Under the pieces are notes generated by a model, which did not search any database, had not been told where the DNA came from, and saw only the letters and a list, made by a program, of their open reading frames with translations. From Vulcanisaeta distributa DSM 14429 (GTDB taxonomy: Archaea; Thermoproteota; Thermoprotei; Thermoproteales; Thermocladiaceae), in contig NC_014537.1 in NCBI RefSeq assembly GCF_000148385.1, positions 720,001 to 752,000 on the forward strand: DNA of 32,000 bases. Direction: 5' to 3'. A program made the position numbers and the translations under genes. Each line of letters begins with the position of its first letter. Within the stretch, counting starts at the first letter, position 1. This document shows, in pieces, positions 9,169 to 18,124 of the stretch.

Positions 9169-10113
9169 ATGCTCATGAGGAGGTTCCTATCGGCATTATG
9201 GGCTAAGCTGAGTAATAGGCCATTGGCGCTTTGTGATAGTGGTGATGTTGATGGCATAACAAGCGCAGCCCTATTCCTAAGGAAGTACCCAAATGGCGTT
9301 GTCGTCCTCGCCGCACCAAGTGAGGTTAATAGGTCCTGGTGGATCAAGCGCCTCTCCTGGACCTTCGTGGCAGACCTACCATGCCCAGGCAAGGTCCTAA
9401 TTAGGGCTGACCACCACAGGACTAACAAGCCCTGCGCTAAGGTTGAGTTTTACGACCCAGAGGCGCCCTGCTCAGCCCTCATGGCGATGAAGGCGCTGGA
9501 TCTCGAGAATGACCCAATAGCCAATAGCCTTGTTAAGGTCGCCATTGAGACCGATACCGCAAACATAACGAGTGAAGAGGCCGAGAAGCTCGATCTCGCC
9601 GTCAGGTTCGCATCATATCCAGAGAAGATATTTATTGTCAGGAACCTTGCAGTTAATGGTCTACAGGCATTGGGTAATTACAGGATTGGCAGGTTAATTG
9701 AGAGGGGTTATAGGGCTAAGAAGCTCATGCTTGAGATCGCCGATAAAATACCAATTAGGGATATAATAAACATCTATAGCCCCATTGACCTGGGGATATC
9801 CTATAGGCAATTAACGATTGAGTTACAGCATAGGGGTGCCAAGATGGTAAATATATTGCTTAGGCTGAATAGGAGAACCTTCAGGTATTACTGTGGAGCC
9901 GATAAAGATAGTCCATACGACTGTACACAGGTAGCCACTAAGCTTGGTGGTGGCGGCCACAAGTACGCCTCTGGTGCCCAGTATAAGTCACCGTTCTTTA
10001 ACCCAGGTAAGGGTGTTGAGGCCTTCGTAAATACGTTAAAGGCTTACTTAAGTGTCAATAAGCTCGAGGTGCTTGAGCTGGCTAAGGATTCAGTAAGGAT
10101 TATTACGTACTGA
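9169..10113 (+). CDS. DHH/DHHA1-family phosphoesterase (NrnA/RecJ-like)
   Basis: Motifs GDVDG, ADHH and the DHHA1 motif GGGGHKYASGA are present. I prefer the ATG at 9169 over the track start at 9100, which would overlap the E1 gene. Confidence 0.75.
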   Translation: MLMRRFLSALWAKLSNRPLALCDSGDVDGITSAALFLRKYPNGVVVLAAPSEVNRSWWIKRLSWTFVADLPCPGKVLIRADHHRTNKPCAKVEFYDPEAPCSALMAMKALDLENDPIANSLVKVAIETDTANITSEEAEKLDLAVRFASYPEKIFIVRNLAVNGLQALGNYRIGRLIERGYRAKKLMLEIADKIPIRDIINIYSPIDLGISYRQLTIELQHRGAKMVNILLRLNRRTFRYYCGADKDSPYDCTQVATKLGGGGHKYASGAQYKSPFFNPGKGVEAFVNTLKAYLSVNKLEVLELAKDSVRIITY

Positions 10114-10117
10114 GCCA

Positions 10118-10166
10118 TCAGCGCTTTGGACCATCGTCACTCATCGGTGGCTACCATTATCATCAC
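10118..10166 (-). ncRNA. C/D box sRNA
   Basis: The minus strand reads GUGAUGA, 12 nt (UAAUGGUAGCCA), CCGA, UGA, GUGACGA, 12 nt (UGGUCCAAAGCG), CUGA. The spacing is exactly 7-12-4-3-7-12-4, and the locus is intergenic. Confidence 0.65.
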
Positions 10167-10235
10167 CCGTAGTATCTAATTACTAAGTAGCAAAAGTTCT
10201 TTAAATGCGCGCTTTCACGGTTATGGCGGGTTTCC

Positions 10236-10895
10236 TTGGGCAGAGTTGTCGTTATTGATCACCCACTGGCGCAGGCAATCTTAACGACTCTTAGGGATAA
10301 AAATACTAAGCAGATTGAATTTAGGAAGGGCCTTGTTAGACTTGGTAGGTTGATGGGTTATGAGATTGTTAAGTCCATGGATATAGAGACCGTGGAGGTG
10401 GAGACACCACTTGGTGTTAAGGCTAAGGGCGTTAGAATTAGGGACCTGGATCACGTGGTCATTATTCAGGTGCTTAGGGCTGCCATGCCGTTGGTTGAGG
10501 GCTTAGTTAAGATATTCGCGAACGCAAGAATGGGTGTTGTCAGTGCAAGGAGGGTTGAAGAGTCCCATAAACCTGGCTCACTGGATTTCGACATTGAGAT
10601 TACGTATGTTAAGGTTCCTAAGATACTTGAGGATGACATACTGATAGTCGCGGATCCAATGCTTGCGACGGGCTCTACAATAACCTCGGTTTTAAAGCAC
10701 GTGCTTAAGTACGGGATTCCCAAGAGGACGATTATAGCCAGTGTCATAGCCACTAAGTATGGCATAGAGAGGGTGCTTAGGGATTATCCATTCGCCGAGA
10801 TATACACGGTTTCCATAGACCCTGAGATAAATGAGAAGGGCTACATAGTGCCTGGACTGGGTGATGCTGGGGATAGGGCCTTTGGTGGTCCCTGA
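10236..10895 (+). CDS. upp: uracil phosphoribosyltransferase
   Basis: 219-aa ORF with a TTG start. It has the PRPP-binding loop [12 protein letters not shown] and the C-terminal [15 protein letters not shown] typical of Upp. Confidence 0.9.
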   Translation: MGRVVVIDHPLAQAILTTLRDKNTKQIEFRKGLVRLGRLMGYEIVKSMDIETVEVETPLGVKAKGVRIRDLDHVVIIQVLRAAMPLVEGLVKIFANARMGVVSARRVEESHKPGSLDFDIEITYVKVPKILEDDILIVADPMLATGSTITSVLKHVLKYGIPKRTIIASVIATKYGIERVLRDYPFAEIYTVSIDPEINEKGYIVPGLGDAGDRAFGGP

Positions 10896-10904
10896 AGTAA
10901 TCTA

Positions 10905-11561
10905 TTAATTACGAGACGAAACCTTACTCATAACATAACTCAAAGCCTCATCAATAAGCCCCTTCCTGGCAAGCTCATTGAATCTCTCGTCACTATCTAA
11001 CTCCATGTATAGACTTAACCTAGTCCTCACATCACTCACCACCTCCTTAAGCTTACTCTTAACTGCATACCAAACCCTCGCCATGTTCATTAATTCCTCA
11101 TCCTCCCTGAGTATGTTTATTATCTTATCAAGGGTTCTCCTAGCCACAATACCGCTAAGCCCCTCTGTTGTCACCGCGATCCTAATACCGTTGATCTCAC
11201 TCTCGAAGGGAACTACGACCTCCGTCTCCTCCGCATTCGTGGCGTCATTGAAGAACTTACGCATATTCCTGGCCAGTTCCCTAACCTTCCCATTGATTAC
11301 TGGGTCATTAGTAGCTATTACCACTAAATCAGCCCACTCAATATTCCTCCTAAGTAATTCCTCATCATTAGCATCACTCCTGATCAACACCACCTTACCC
11401 TGCTCGGCATAGCGAAGTAATTCATTACTAAATTCGAGACTTAACACCCTAACATTGGCGCCTGCCAGGAGGAATTTAATGGCCCTCCTCGTACCAACAC
11501 CACCCCCACCAACCACCAGCACATTCCTCCCACTGAACTCTATGAAGAGTGGAACCCTCAC
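10905..11561 (-). CDS. precorrin-2 dehydrogenase / sirohydrochlorin ferrochelatase-like protein (siroheme synthase N-terminal domain family)
   Basis: 218-aa ORF with N-terminal VLVVGGGGVGTRRAIKFLLAGANVRV. Length and layout resemble SirC/Met8-type proteins. Confidence 0.6.
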   Translation of the reverse strand: MRVPLFIEFSGRNVLVVGGGGVGTRRAIKFLLAGANVRVLSLEFSNELLRYAEQGKVVLIRSDANDEELLRRNIEWADLVVIATNDPVINGKVRELARNMRKFFNDATNAEETEVVVPFESEINGIRIAVTTEGLSGIVARRTLDKIINILREDEELMNMARVWYAVKSKLKEVVSDVRTRLSLYMELDSDERFNELARKGLIDEALSYVMSKVSSRN

Positions 11562-11580
11562 GATAATCTAATTACTAATC

Positions 11581-12126
11581 TTAATTATTATTTTTACTTA
11601 CACCTCCCAAATGCAAGGTATTGAGGACTAAGTCCCTAATCCTCACTATGGTACTGAGTGATGGCAGTTCTTCATCAATGCTAAAAACAGCGTTCCTAAC
11701 GCTATCCCTGACCCAGGCGCAATCATTAATCAATAGGCCATGAACCGACCCAGGCACGTTAGACCTTACCAACTGCTTAACGAAATTATCACCGCTAAAC
11801 CCAATGATTAACCTGGGATTGCTAATTGTATCTAAGTCAAAACCAAGCATTACAACTAGGTCATAATTACCTCTCTCAAGGAGTTTATTAATTACCTGCC
11901 TAAGCCTTGATTGGCTACACGGTAAATGCCGCCTAGGCATTACCACCCCAATACCCAACTTTGTAAGTAAAACCGCCAATACGGAGTAGAATTGAGGCTT
12001 AACACCCGGTGGTGGCAGTAGTAATACATTACCGCTGATTGTTTTCGGCCTAAAGACCATTACATAGTCATCAATGTAAACCCTATATTCATCGCCATTG
12101 AATATCTCAATCATTGAGGAAGTCAT
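11581..12126 (-). CDS. hypothetical protein (weak resemblance to a minimal alpha/beta-hydrolase fold)
   Basis: 181-aa ORF lying between the crotonase and SirC-like genes with 19-21 nt spacers. LLLPPPG and MLGFDLD segments are present, but I am not confident of any family. Confidence 0.45.
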   Translation of the reverse strand: MTSSMIEIFNGDEYRVYIDDYVMVFRPKTISGNVLLLPPPGVKPQFYSVLAVLLTKLGIGVVMPRRHLPCSQSRLRQVINKLLERGNYDLVVMLGFDLDTISNPRLIIGFSGDNFVKQLVRSNVPGSVHGLLINDCAWVRDSVRNAVFSIDEELPSLSTIVRIRDLVLNTLHLGGVSKNNN

Positions 12127-12147
12127 GAGTACAGCACTTATATAGCA

Positions 12148-12891
12148 TTACTTTTTGAGGAATTCCTCAAGTCTCATCTTAACCTCAGGTCTCAGCGACT
12201 CCTCAGCCAACGTATTCAATAACTCATCCCACCTATCGCTAACCTCGTTAATTAATGAGGAGATCATTAACCTCTTAATTGTTTTGTAGACGCCGTGAGG
12301 CACGGCACTGATCTTACCTATGAGTTCCAGGGATACCCTCAATCCCTCGTTAACATCATTAACGACCTTATGGACTAGACCCCAATCAACAGCCTCATCA
12401 GTACTAAGCCTAAAGTCCCTGTCCAGGAAGAACCTTGACCTAAGCATGCCAAAGAGATACGGCGCGAAGGCTGGCGTCACAGGTACAAGCCCATACCTAA
12501 TACCTGGCAGGGAAAACTCAGAGCCCTTAATGGCAACCACCTGGTCAACAAAGTACAGCAATTCCGTTGCAAATCCATAAGCGGACCCATTAACTAGGGC
12601 GATCACGGGTTTCTCGCAGTTAGCGACTGTAACGACTAAGTCCCTAATTGCCGTGAAGTACCTCCTGGACTCCTCAATCGACTTAAAACTATAGATCTCG
12701 GCTAAGTCAAGGCCCGAGGAGAAGACTTTTCCCTCGCCAGTAATTACAACGCCTCTGTAATCCCTACAACCCAGGGCTATCGCATCCCTAGCACTAAGGG
12801 CCAACTCAAGACTAAACGCGTTCCTCTTCTCGGGTCTATTTAACTTAATGATTAGTGAGTTGTCCATGGGACTTTTAATGACGGTGCTCAT
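12148..12891 (-). CDS. enoyl-CoA hydratase/isomerase (crotonase) family protein
   Basis: 247-aa ORF with LNRPEKRNAF and GEGKVFSSGLDL, the crotonase oxyanion-hole motifs. Confidence 0.85.
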   Translation of the reverse strand: MSTVIKSPMDNSLIIKLNRPEKRNAFSLELALSARDAIALGCRDYRGVVITGEGKVFSSGLDLAEIYSFKSIEESRRYFTAIRDLVVTVANCEKPVIALVNGSAYGFATELLYFVDQVVAIKGSEFSLPGIRYGLVPVTPAFAPYLFGMLRSRFFLDRDFRLSTDEAVDWGLVHKVVNDVNEGLRVSLELIGKISAVPHGVYKTIKRLMISSLINEVSDRWDELLNTLAEESLRPEVKMRLEEFLKK

Positions 12892-12949
12892 AAAGCCCGC
12901 TTATTATAGGGCTGGTTGAATAATAACTTAACTATACCATCTTTAAATT

Positions 12950-14599
12950 ATGAGTAACCCTTATAAGGGCTTCCTGAGACGTGGTGAGGGCATCTTGGTC
13001 TACCCAACGGACAGGCTAGAAGCCGTGAAATATGACGTAAAAAGAGGGCAGGTTGAATTAACTAAGGGATACCCAGAGGAGAAGTTTCTATGGAATGTCG
13101 ACTTCCATCCAACGCCAATAAGGAAGAGGAATTGGGATTGGTACACCTACGCAGCTATTTGGTTTGGCATGGCTTTCATAGTGCCCAGCTGGTCCTTGGC
13201 GAGTGTTGGTCTGTCCTTTGGCTTAGGAACACTGGACTCAATACTCCTGGTATTCCTAGGCAATGCAATAGTCCTGATACCAATGATAATACAGAGCCAC
13301 GGTGGTGCCAGGTATGGAATACCCGAACCCGTCCTAACGAGGACCAGGTGGGGAGTCTACGGTGCCATATTCCCGAGCTGGATTAGAGCGGTCATTGGAG
13401 CTGGTTGGTGGGGGATAGAGACCTACATAATGACGGAGGCTGCCGTTGGCATATACGCAGTATTAACACATAGGTTAAGCGTGATAGAGAGCTACGTCGC
13501 CAAGGGCATCGCCAGCCCATACACATTAAGCCTAGCCTTCCCACAGGTCTTCTGGATAACCTTTGCAGCAATAATACTACTGCAATTAGCATTGCTCTAC
13601 TTCTCGCCAGTGCCTGAGGCACAGCCAGCCCTTAAGTGGTTCGCGAGGCTCGCAGCACCACTGGTGCTCCTTGGCTTCGTAATACTATGGTACAACTTCA
13701 TGGGTCTATCCCACTGGAACTTCGGGCAGATATTCTCGATTAAACCCACGGTGACCGGGATTAATTACTGGGTCATGTGGTTCGCGTTCCTAAACGCGAA
13801 CATAGCCTACTGGGCCACAATGGCATTGTCAATGCCTGACTATACCAGGTTCGCTAAAAGTCAATTCGCGCAGGCGGTTGGTCAGGTACCAATGCCATTT
13901 ATGATGCTCATTATTGCATTGCTTGGTGTCATGACCACGGGGGCCATAGAGCAGGTATACCACGTAGCAATTTGGGACCCAATCCTAGCGTCAACACTAT
14001 ACCTAAACCCAACACTCGCAATACTACTAAACACGCTTTTCCTGCTGGCCACGTTCTCCGTCAATGTTTTCGCGAATACGGTTGGTCCAGCATATGACTT
14101 TGCAAATACATTCCCGAGAAAACTGACCTGGTTCAGGGGTGCGTTAATAGTGATTGCGGTTTCAGTAATACTTGGTGCATGGACATACTATGGCTCGGCA
14201 TACGGCTACCTATACAATTGGTTGCTGACTTATGGTGGGTTGTTGGGGTCTGTTGAGGGCATTATAATATTTGACTACGCATTAATAAGGCGCTTTAAGT
14301 TCGAATTAACCGACGTATTCTGGAGTAGGGGTAGGTTTAGGTACTGGAAAGGCATTAACCCTGCGGCCTTCATAACCTTCGCAATTGTGGAGTTCATAAT
14401 CTACGCACCCTTCATACCATACCACAACATAATATTCAGCAACTCATGGCTAATATCTTTCCTGCTCTCGGGCTTGATATACGTACCATTAATGACACAG
14501 TGGGTTATACCTAAGTACCAACCTGAATTAAGAGGCTCGATATTCAAGGGAGGTTATGTAAGTAATGAAGTAATGACAGTTTTCAATAAAGAAGCATAG
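12950..14599 (+). CDS. NCS1-family nucleobase:cation symporter (cytosine/uracil/allantoin/thiamine permease type)
   Basis: 549-aa ORF with 12 TM segments. The N-terminal NWDWYTYAAIWFGMAFIVPSW segment is typical of NCS1 TM1. Confidence 0.75.
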   Translation: MSNPYKGFLRRGEGILVYPTDRLEAVKYDVKRGQVELTKGYPEEKFLWNVDFHPTPIRKRNWDWYTYAAIWFGMAFIVPSWSLASVGLSFGLGTLDSILLVFLGNAIVLIPMIIQSHGGARYGIPEPVLTRTRWGVYGAIFPSWIRAVIGAGWWGIETYIMTEAAVGIYAVLTHRLSVIESYVAKGIASPYTLSLAFPQVFWITFAAIILLQLALLYFSPVPEAQPALKWFARLAAPLVLLGFVILWYNFMGLSHWNFGQIFSIKPTVTGINYWVMWFAFLNANIAYWATMALSMPDYTRFAKSQFAQAVGQVPMPFMMLIIALLGVMTTGAIEQVYHVAIWDPILASTLYLNPTLAILLNTLFLLATFSVNVFANTVGPAYDFANTFPRKLTWFRGALIVIAVSVILGAWTYYGSAYGYLYNWLLTYGGLLGSVEGIIIFDYALIRRFKFELTDVFWSRGRFRYWKGINPAAFITFAIVEFIIYAPFIPYHNIIFSNSWLISFLLSGLIYVPLMTQWVIPKYQPELRGSIFKGGYVSNEVMTVFNKEA

Positions 14600-14636
14600 A
14601 GTGATTAAGTCCGTTAAAATTGATAAAAATTACCCT

Positions 14637-15551
14637 CTATCTTACTATCTTAGTCCCAATCCTACCCCTAATGATGTCCTTAGCCCTACCTAATGGCCCT
14701 ATGTACGCCGTCTTTCCGCCATTCTTTATGAACCTAATGGCTGCCAGGACCTTCGGCCCCATACTACCCGGTGGAAATTGACCCTCATTGTAGTATTTCT
14801 CAAGTTCGCTAATGGTGACCTCAATCAGCTTCTTCTGATTGGGCTTCCTATAATTAATGTATACGTAATCTACGTCAGTTAGTATTAATAGGTAATCGGC
14901 ATTAATGGCGTTGGCAAGTACTTGGCTTGCTAAGTCTTTATCAATGACGGCATCAACACCCTGGACCTCGCCATTAACGATGACTGGAATTCCCCCACCA
15001 CCCACGGCTATGGGTATGTACCCCTCCCTCAGCAGCAATCTTATTAGGTCAAGCTCCATTAGACCCATAGGCTCAGGCGATGGTACAACCCTCCTGAACC
15101 CACCACGCGCATCCCACCTGAAAACCCAACCCTTTTCTCTTGATAATTTATCCGCGGTCTCCTTATCATATAGTGGACCTATGTACTTCGTGGGATTTTG
15201 AAAGGCTGAATCATTCTTATTAACGATTGACCGTGAAACAACAATAACTGGGCTCCGCCGAATACCCCGCCGCATGAACTCATTTGTCAAGGCATTGGCT
15301 ATTAAGTACCCCATCCAACCCTCGGTGGCCGCATCAATCATATCAAGGCTTAAGTAATCACTAACCCTTTCAGCAAGTAAGCCGGCCTGTGGTCCATTAC
15401 CATGAGTAACAACAACGTCAAAGCCCTCCTCAATCATATCCGCAACATCACCCGCCGCAAGTTTAACACTCTCCCACTGCTCCTCAGGCAAGCCAACCCT
15501 GGCACCCTCCCTTGCGAAGGCATTCCCACCCAGTGCGATTACGGCGAGCAC
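14637..15551 (-). CDS. arcC: carbamate kinase
   Basis: 304-aa ORF with a GTG start. It has ALGGNA, THGNGPQ and GGGGIPV motifs. Confidence 0.9.
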   Translation of the reverse strand: MLAVIALGGNAFAREGARVGLPEEQWESVKLAAGDVADMIEEGFDVVVTHGNGPQAGLLAERVSDYLSLDMIDAATEGWMGYLIANALTNEFMRRGIRRSPVIVVSRSIVNKNDSAFQNPTKYIGPLYDKETADKLSREKGWVFRWDARGGFRRVVPSPEPMGLMELDLIRLLLREGYIPIAVGGGGIPVIVNGEVQGVDAVIDKDLASQVLANAINADYLLILTDVDYVYINYRKPNQKKLIEVTISELEKYYNEGQFPPGSMGPKVLAAIRFIKNGGKTAYIGPLGRAKDIIRGRIGTKIVR

Positions 15552-15730
15552 ACATTAAAGCCATTATACGTGTTTAAATTTATTTCGTATTATTATACAT
15601 ACTACCCATTATATCTATACTTAAGTATATACATACTTTATTACTCCTCACCTGATATTGTTGTAATACAACCGTATTCTCTATGACGAAAAGCATTACT
15701 TTTAAATATTGTATACGACGTATACGCTAG

Positions 15731-16009
15731 ATGCTCAAGAAAATAGGCGATATCATGCACTTATCCCATGACAGGAGGTTCGTAATTAAATTATCGTTCA
15801 CGCCCCCACTCGGTATTACGATATACGACTACGCAATGAAGAGGTTAGGAGTTCTATACGATATCATCGGTCCCGTGAACTCACCATACGGCTTAGCCAA
15901 GCCAGATCCTCAGTTATCAAAGCCTGAGGATTTCGTGGGTAAGTCAGCATATATTAGGGATGTGGACCTGAGGAAGAAGAGGGGTGGTGGCCATGGTCAC
16001 GGCAAATAA
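15731..16009 (+). CDS. gar1: H/ACA RNP protein Gar1
   Basis: 92-aa ORF. The blocks KKIGDIMHLSHDRRFVIK, GVLYDIIGPVNSPYGLAKP and PEDFVGKSAYI align with archaeal Gar1. The gene sits immediately upstream of tfb, an arrangement I recall in other archaea. Confidence 0.8.
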   Translation: MLKKIGDIMHLSHDRRFVIKLSFTPPLGITIYDYAMKRLGVLYDIIGPVNSPYGLAKPDPQLSKPEDFVGKSAYIRDVDLRKKRGGGHGHGK

Positions 16010-16928
16010 GCTTATCAAGGCTGAGAAGCTAGTGTGCCCTAATTGTGAATCCACGGACATAGTCTTCGATCCAGAGAGGGGCGAATTGGTTTGTAGGCAC
16101 TGCGGCCTAGTGATTGAGGAGCACGTAATGGACTTAGGGCCTGAATGGAGGGCGTTTAGTGGTGATGAAGTCTTAATTCATGAGAGGGCCAAGCCAATAA
16201 GCCCAGCACTGCCTGGCCAGGGCCTTGGCAATTCCGTTATTGGTATAAAGCATAACCTACTCCTCCACAATAAGTTGAGGGCATTAATTAGGCTTAATAG
16301 GTATAATCAGTATCAATATACCGAAAGGAGGATTGCCGAACTCCTTGACGTGATTAAGCCCGTTAAGTACGAGTTGAATCTGCCTGATAACGTGATTGAT
16401 GAAGCCATGGTTCTCTTCAGGCAGTTGGCCAGTAGGCATGACCTTAGGGGTGTCAGGACTAAGGACCTGGCCCTGGTCCTGCTCTATGTGGCTTGTAAGA
16501 GGTCTAGGGTTGTTTGTCCACTCCGTGAATTGAGGAATGCATTAAATGTTGAGAGGAGTAAGAGGATTAGTAGGTTACTTGGTCTTGTTAGGGAGGTCGT
16601 TGGTAATAGCGACGTAGTCTTGAAGAGCCAGGAGGAGCTTGGTAGGTTCCTACAAAGAGTGATTAACGCCCTTAAACTTAATGAGGACATTAGGTACCAC
16701 GTGACTAAGTTAGCCATGGAGATCATCAATGAAGGTCAACGTAAACGATTAACCAACGGCAGAACATTCTACGCATTAGTGGCGTCGGCGGTTTACATAG
16801 CCGTAACCCTAATGGGCGTTAGGAAGAGGCAGCGTGATGTTGCTGAGGCCTCTGGGGTCACTGATGTAACCATTAGGAATCGTTATAAGGAGGTTGTATC
16901 AAAAATAAATATAATCATTGAGGTCTAG
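15984..16928 (+). CDS. tfb: transcription initiation factor IIB (TFB)
   Basis: 314-aa ORF with an N-terminal Zn ribbon (CPNCES...CRHCG), a B-reader/linker region, and a length consistent with two cyclin folds. It overlaps the gar1 3' end. Confidence 0.92.
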   Translation: MVAMVTANKLIKAEKLVCPNCESTDIVFDPERGELVCRHCGLVIEEHVMDLGPEWRAFSGDEVLIHERAKPISPALPGQGLGNSVIGIKHNLLLHNKLRALIRLNRYNQYQYTERRIAELLDVIKPVKYELNLPDNVIDEAMVLFRQLASRHDLRGVRTKDLALVLLYVACKRSRVVCPLRELRNALNVERSKRISRLLGLVREVVGNSDVVLKSQEELGRFLQRVINALKLNEDIRYHVTKLAMEIINEGQRKRLTNGRTFYALVASAVYIAVTLMGVRKRQRDVAEASGVTDVTIRNRYKEVVSKINIIIEV

Positions 16929-17022
16929 CCGTGGTGCCAACTCATTATTACGTTAAAATCTAGTTCCCCTTTAAATCCTGGTTTAAGTTCATGGAATTGA
17001 AGCTATCATTGCGTGATTAGAA

Positions 17023-17032
17023 ATTTTTAAAG
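17023..17032 (+). promoter_or_regulatory. TATA-like box for the TFE-beta-like gene
   Basis: ATTTTTAAAG lies about 19-28 nt upstream of the TTG start at 17051. Confidence 0.5.
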
Positions 17033-17050
17033 AGATGTCCTTTACTGCCT

Positions 17051-17491
17051 TTGTTCGTGGGTAGTGACGTATCTTCATTAATTAAGGAGTTGAGTGATAA
17101 GGAGACCAGGATTCTCGAGGAGATTTATAAGGCTGGTGGTGAGATCATGCTCAGGGATATCTGGAGGGTTATGGGCATTAAGAGTAAGGCTGGTATGCCA
17201 TTCATTAATAAACTTGAGAAGAGGGGCTTACTTACTAAGGAGAATGTTGGTAGTGGTAAGAGGGTCATGTATAAGGTGAGATTAACGGAGTTGGGCATGG
17301 CCGTGGCTAGGGAGTTGATGGAGGCTGGGTCATTAATGAAGGTCCTCACCTACGACCTACTGACTAAGATACCTTGTTTCTACTGCCCATACATAGACAT
17401 TTGTGGGACGACCGATGAAATAACACCAGAGAAATGCGAGTACCTTAATAAGTGGATTTATGAGATGATTAGAAGGGAAGGTGCTCAGTAG
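17051..17491 (+). CDS. winged-helix protein with a C-terminal 4-Cys (putative 4Fe-4S) domain; candidate TFE-beta (RPC39/RPC6-like)
   Basis: 146-aa ORF. The N-terminal part looks like a wHTH (RILEEIYKAGGEIMLRDIWRVMGIKSKAGMPFINKLEKRGLL). The C-terminal part is C-x2-C-x5-C-x10-C (CFYCPYIDICGTTDEITPEKC). Confidence 0.5.
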   Translation: MFVGSDVSSLIKELSDKETRILEEIYKAGGEIMLRDIWRVMGIKSKAGMPFINKLEKRGLLTKENVGSGKRVMYKVRLTELGMAVARELMEAGSLMKVLTYDLLTKIPCFYCPYIDICGTTDEITPEKCEYLNKWIYEMIRREGAQ

Positions 17492-17527
17492 TTAAAATTA
17501 AATTAATTGCCGAGTTACAATAAATCA

Positions 17528-18091
17528 ATGTCCAGGGAGTTATACAGGGTATTCATCGCCGTGGACTTAACGGACCAATTAAAGGACCCAATAATTAAGA
17601 TGCAGAAGGAATTCATGAGTGCCGGCGTTGATATGAAACCTGTGGAGCCGGAGAACCTACACATAACCCTGAGATTCATTGGTGAAATCAGTAAGGAACT
17701 CGTTGAGGAGCTGAAGAAGAGACTCAGCAATATTAAGTACAATCAATTCACAATACACATCAGGGGCATTGGGGCATTCCCAAACATAGAGAGACCGAGG
17801 GTTATCTGGGTCGGTATTGAGGAGGGTGCCAGGGACTTAATGAACCTACATGAGTTGATAATGAAATTCACGGGGGATATTGGTGAGAGGGATGAGAGGG
17901 GTTTCGTACCACACCTAACCATTGCCAGGGTTAAGTACGTTAGGAATAGGGATAGGTACATGGAGGTTGTTAGGAAGTATGAGAACATGGACTTCGGAAC
18001 GCAAACCGTAGACTCAATAAAGCTAAAGAGAAGTGTGTTAACACCAAAGGGACCAATATACAGTGATTTAATGACAATAAAACTATCGTAA
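17528..18091 (+). CDS. thpR: RNA 2',3'-cyclic phosphodiesterase (2H phosphoesterase, LigT/ThpR)
   Basis: Two H-x-T-x motifs are present (HITLRF and HLTIAR). I prefer the ATG at 17528 over the TTG at 17507. Confidence 0.85.
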   Translation: MSRELYRVFIAVDLTDQLKDPIIKMQKEFMSAGVDMKPVEPENLHITLRFIGEISKELVEELKKRLSNIKYNQFTIHIRGIGAFPNIERPRVIWVGIEEGARDLMNLHELIMKFTGDIGERDERGFVPHLTIARVKYVRNRDRYMEVVRKYENMDFGTQTVDSIKLKRSVLTPKGPIYSDLMTIKLS

Positions 18092-18124
18092 TGAGGGATT
18101 ATTAAGGGAGCTTAATAGATAGTT

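Noticed and set aside
15402-15686. 94-aa plus-strand ORF spanning the arcC start and the AT-rich spacer
   Set aside because: It runs antisense through the arcC N terminus and then through promoter DNA, and its Tyr/Ile-rich low-complexity tail derives from the TATA-rich sequence.
15552-15730. AT-rich 180-bp spacer considered as a replication origin
   Set aside because: I recognised no ORB or mini-ORB-like repeats and there is no adjacent cdc6/orc1. Two divergent TATA boxes account for most of the AT richness.
17094-17279. 61-aa Arg-rich alternative-frame ORF inside the TFE-beta-like gene
   Set aside because: It overlaps a better-supported frame with wHTH and Cys motifs, and its Arg/Leu-rich composition is typical of off-frame translation.
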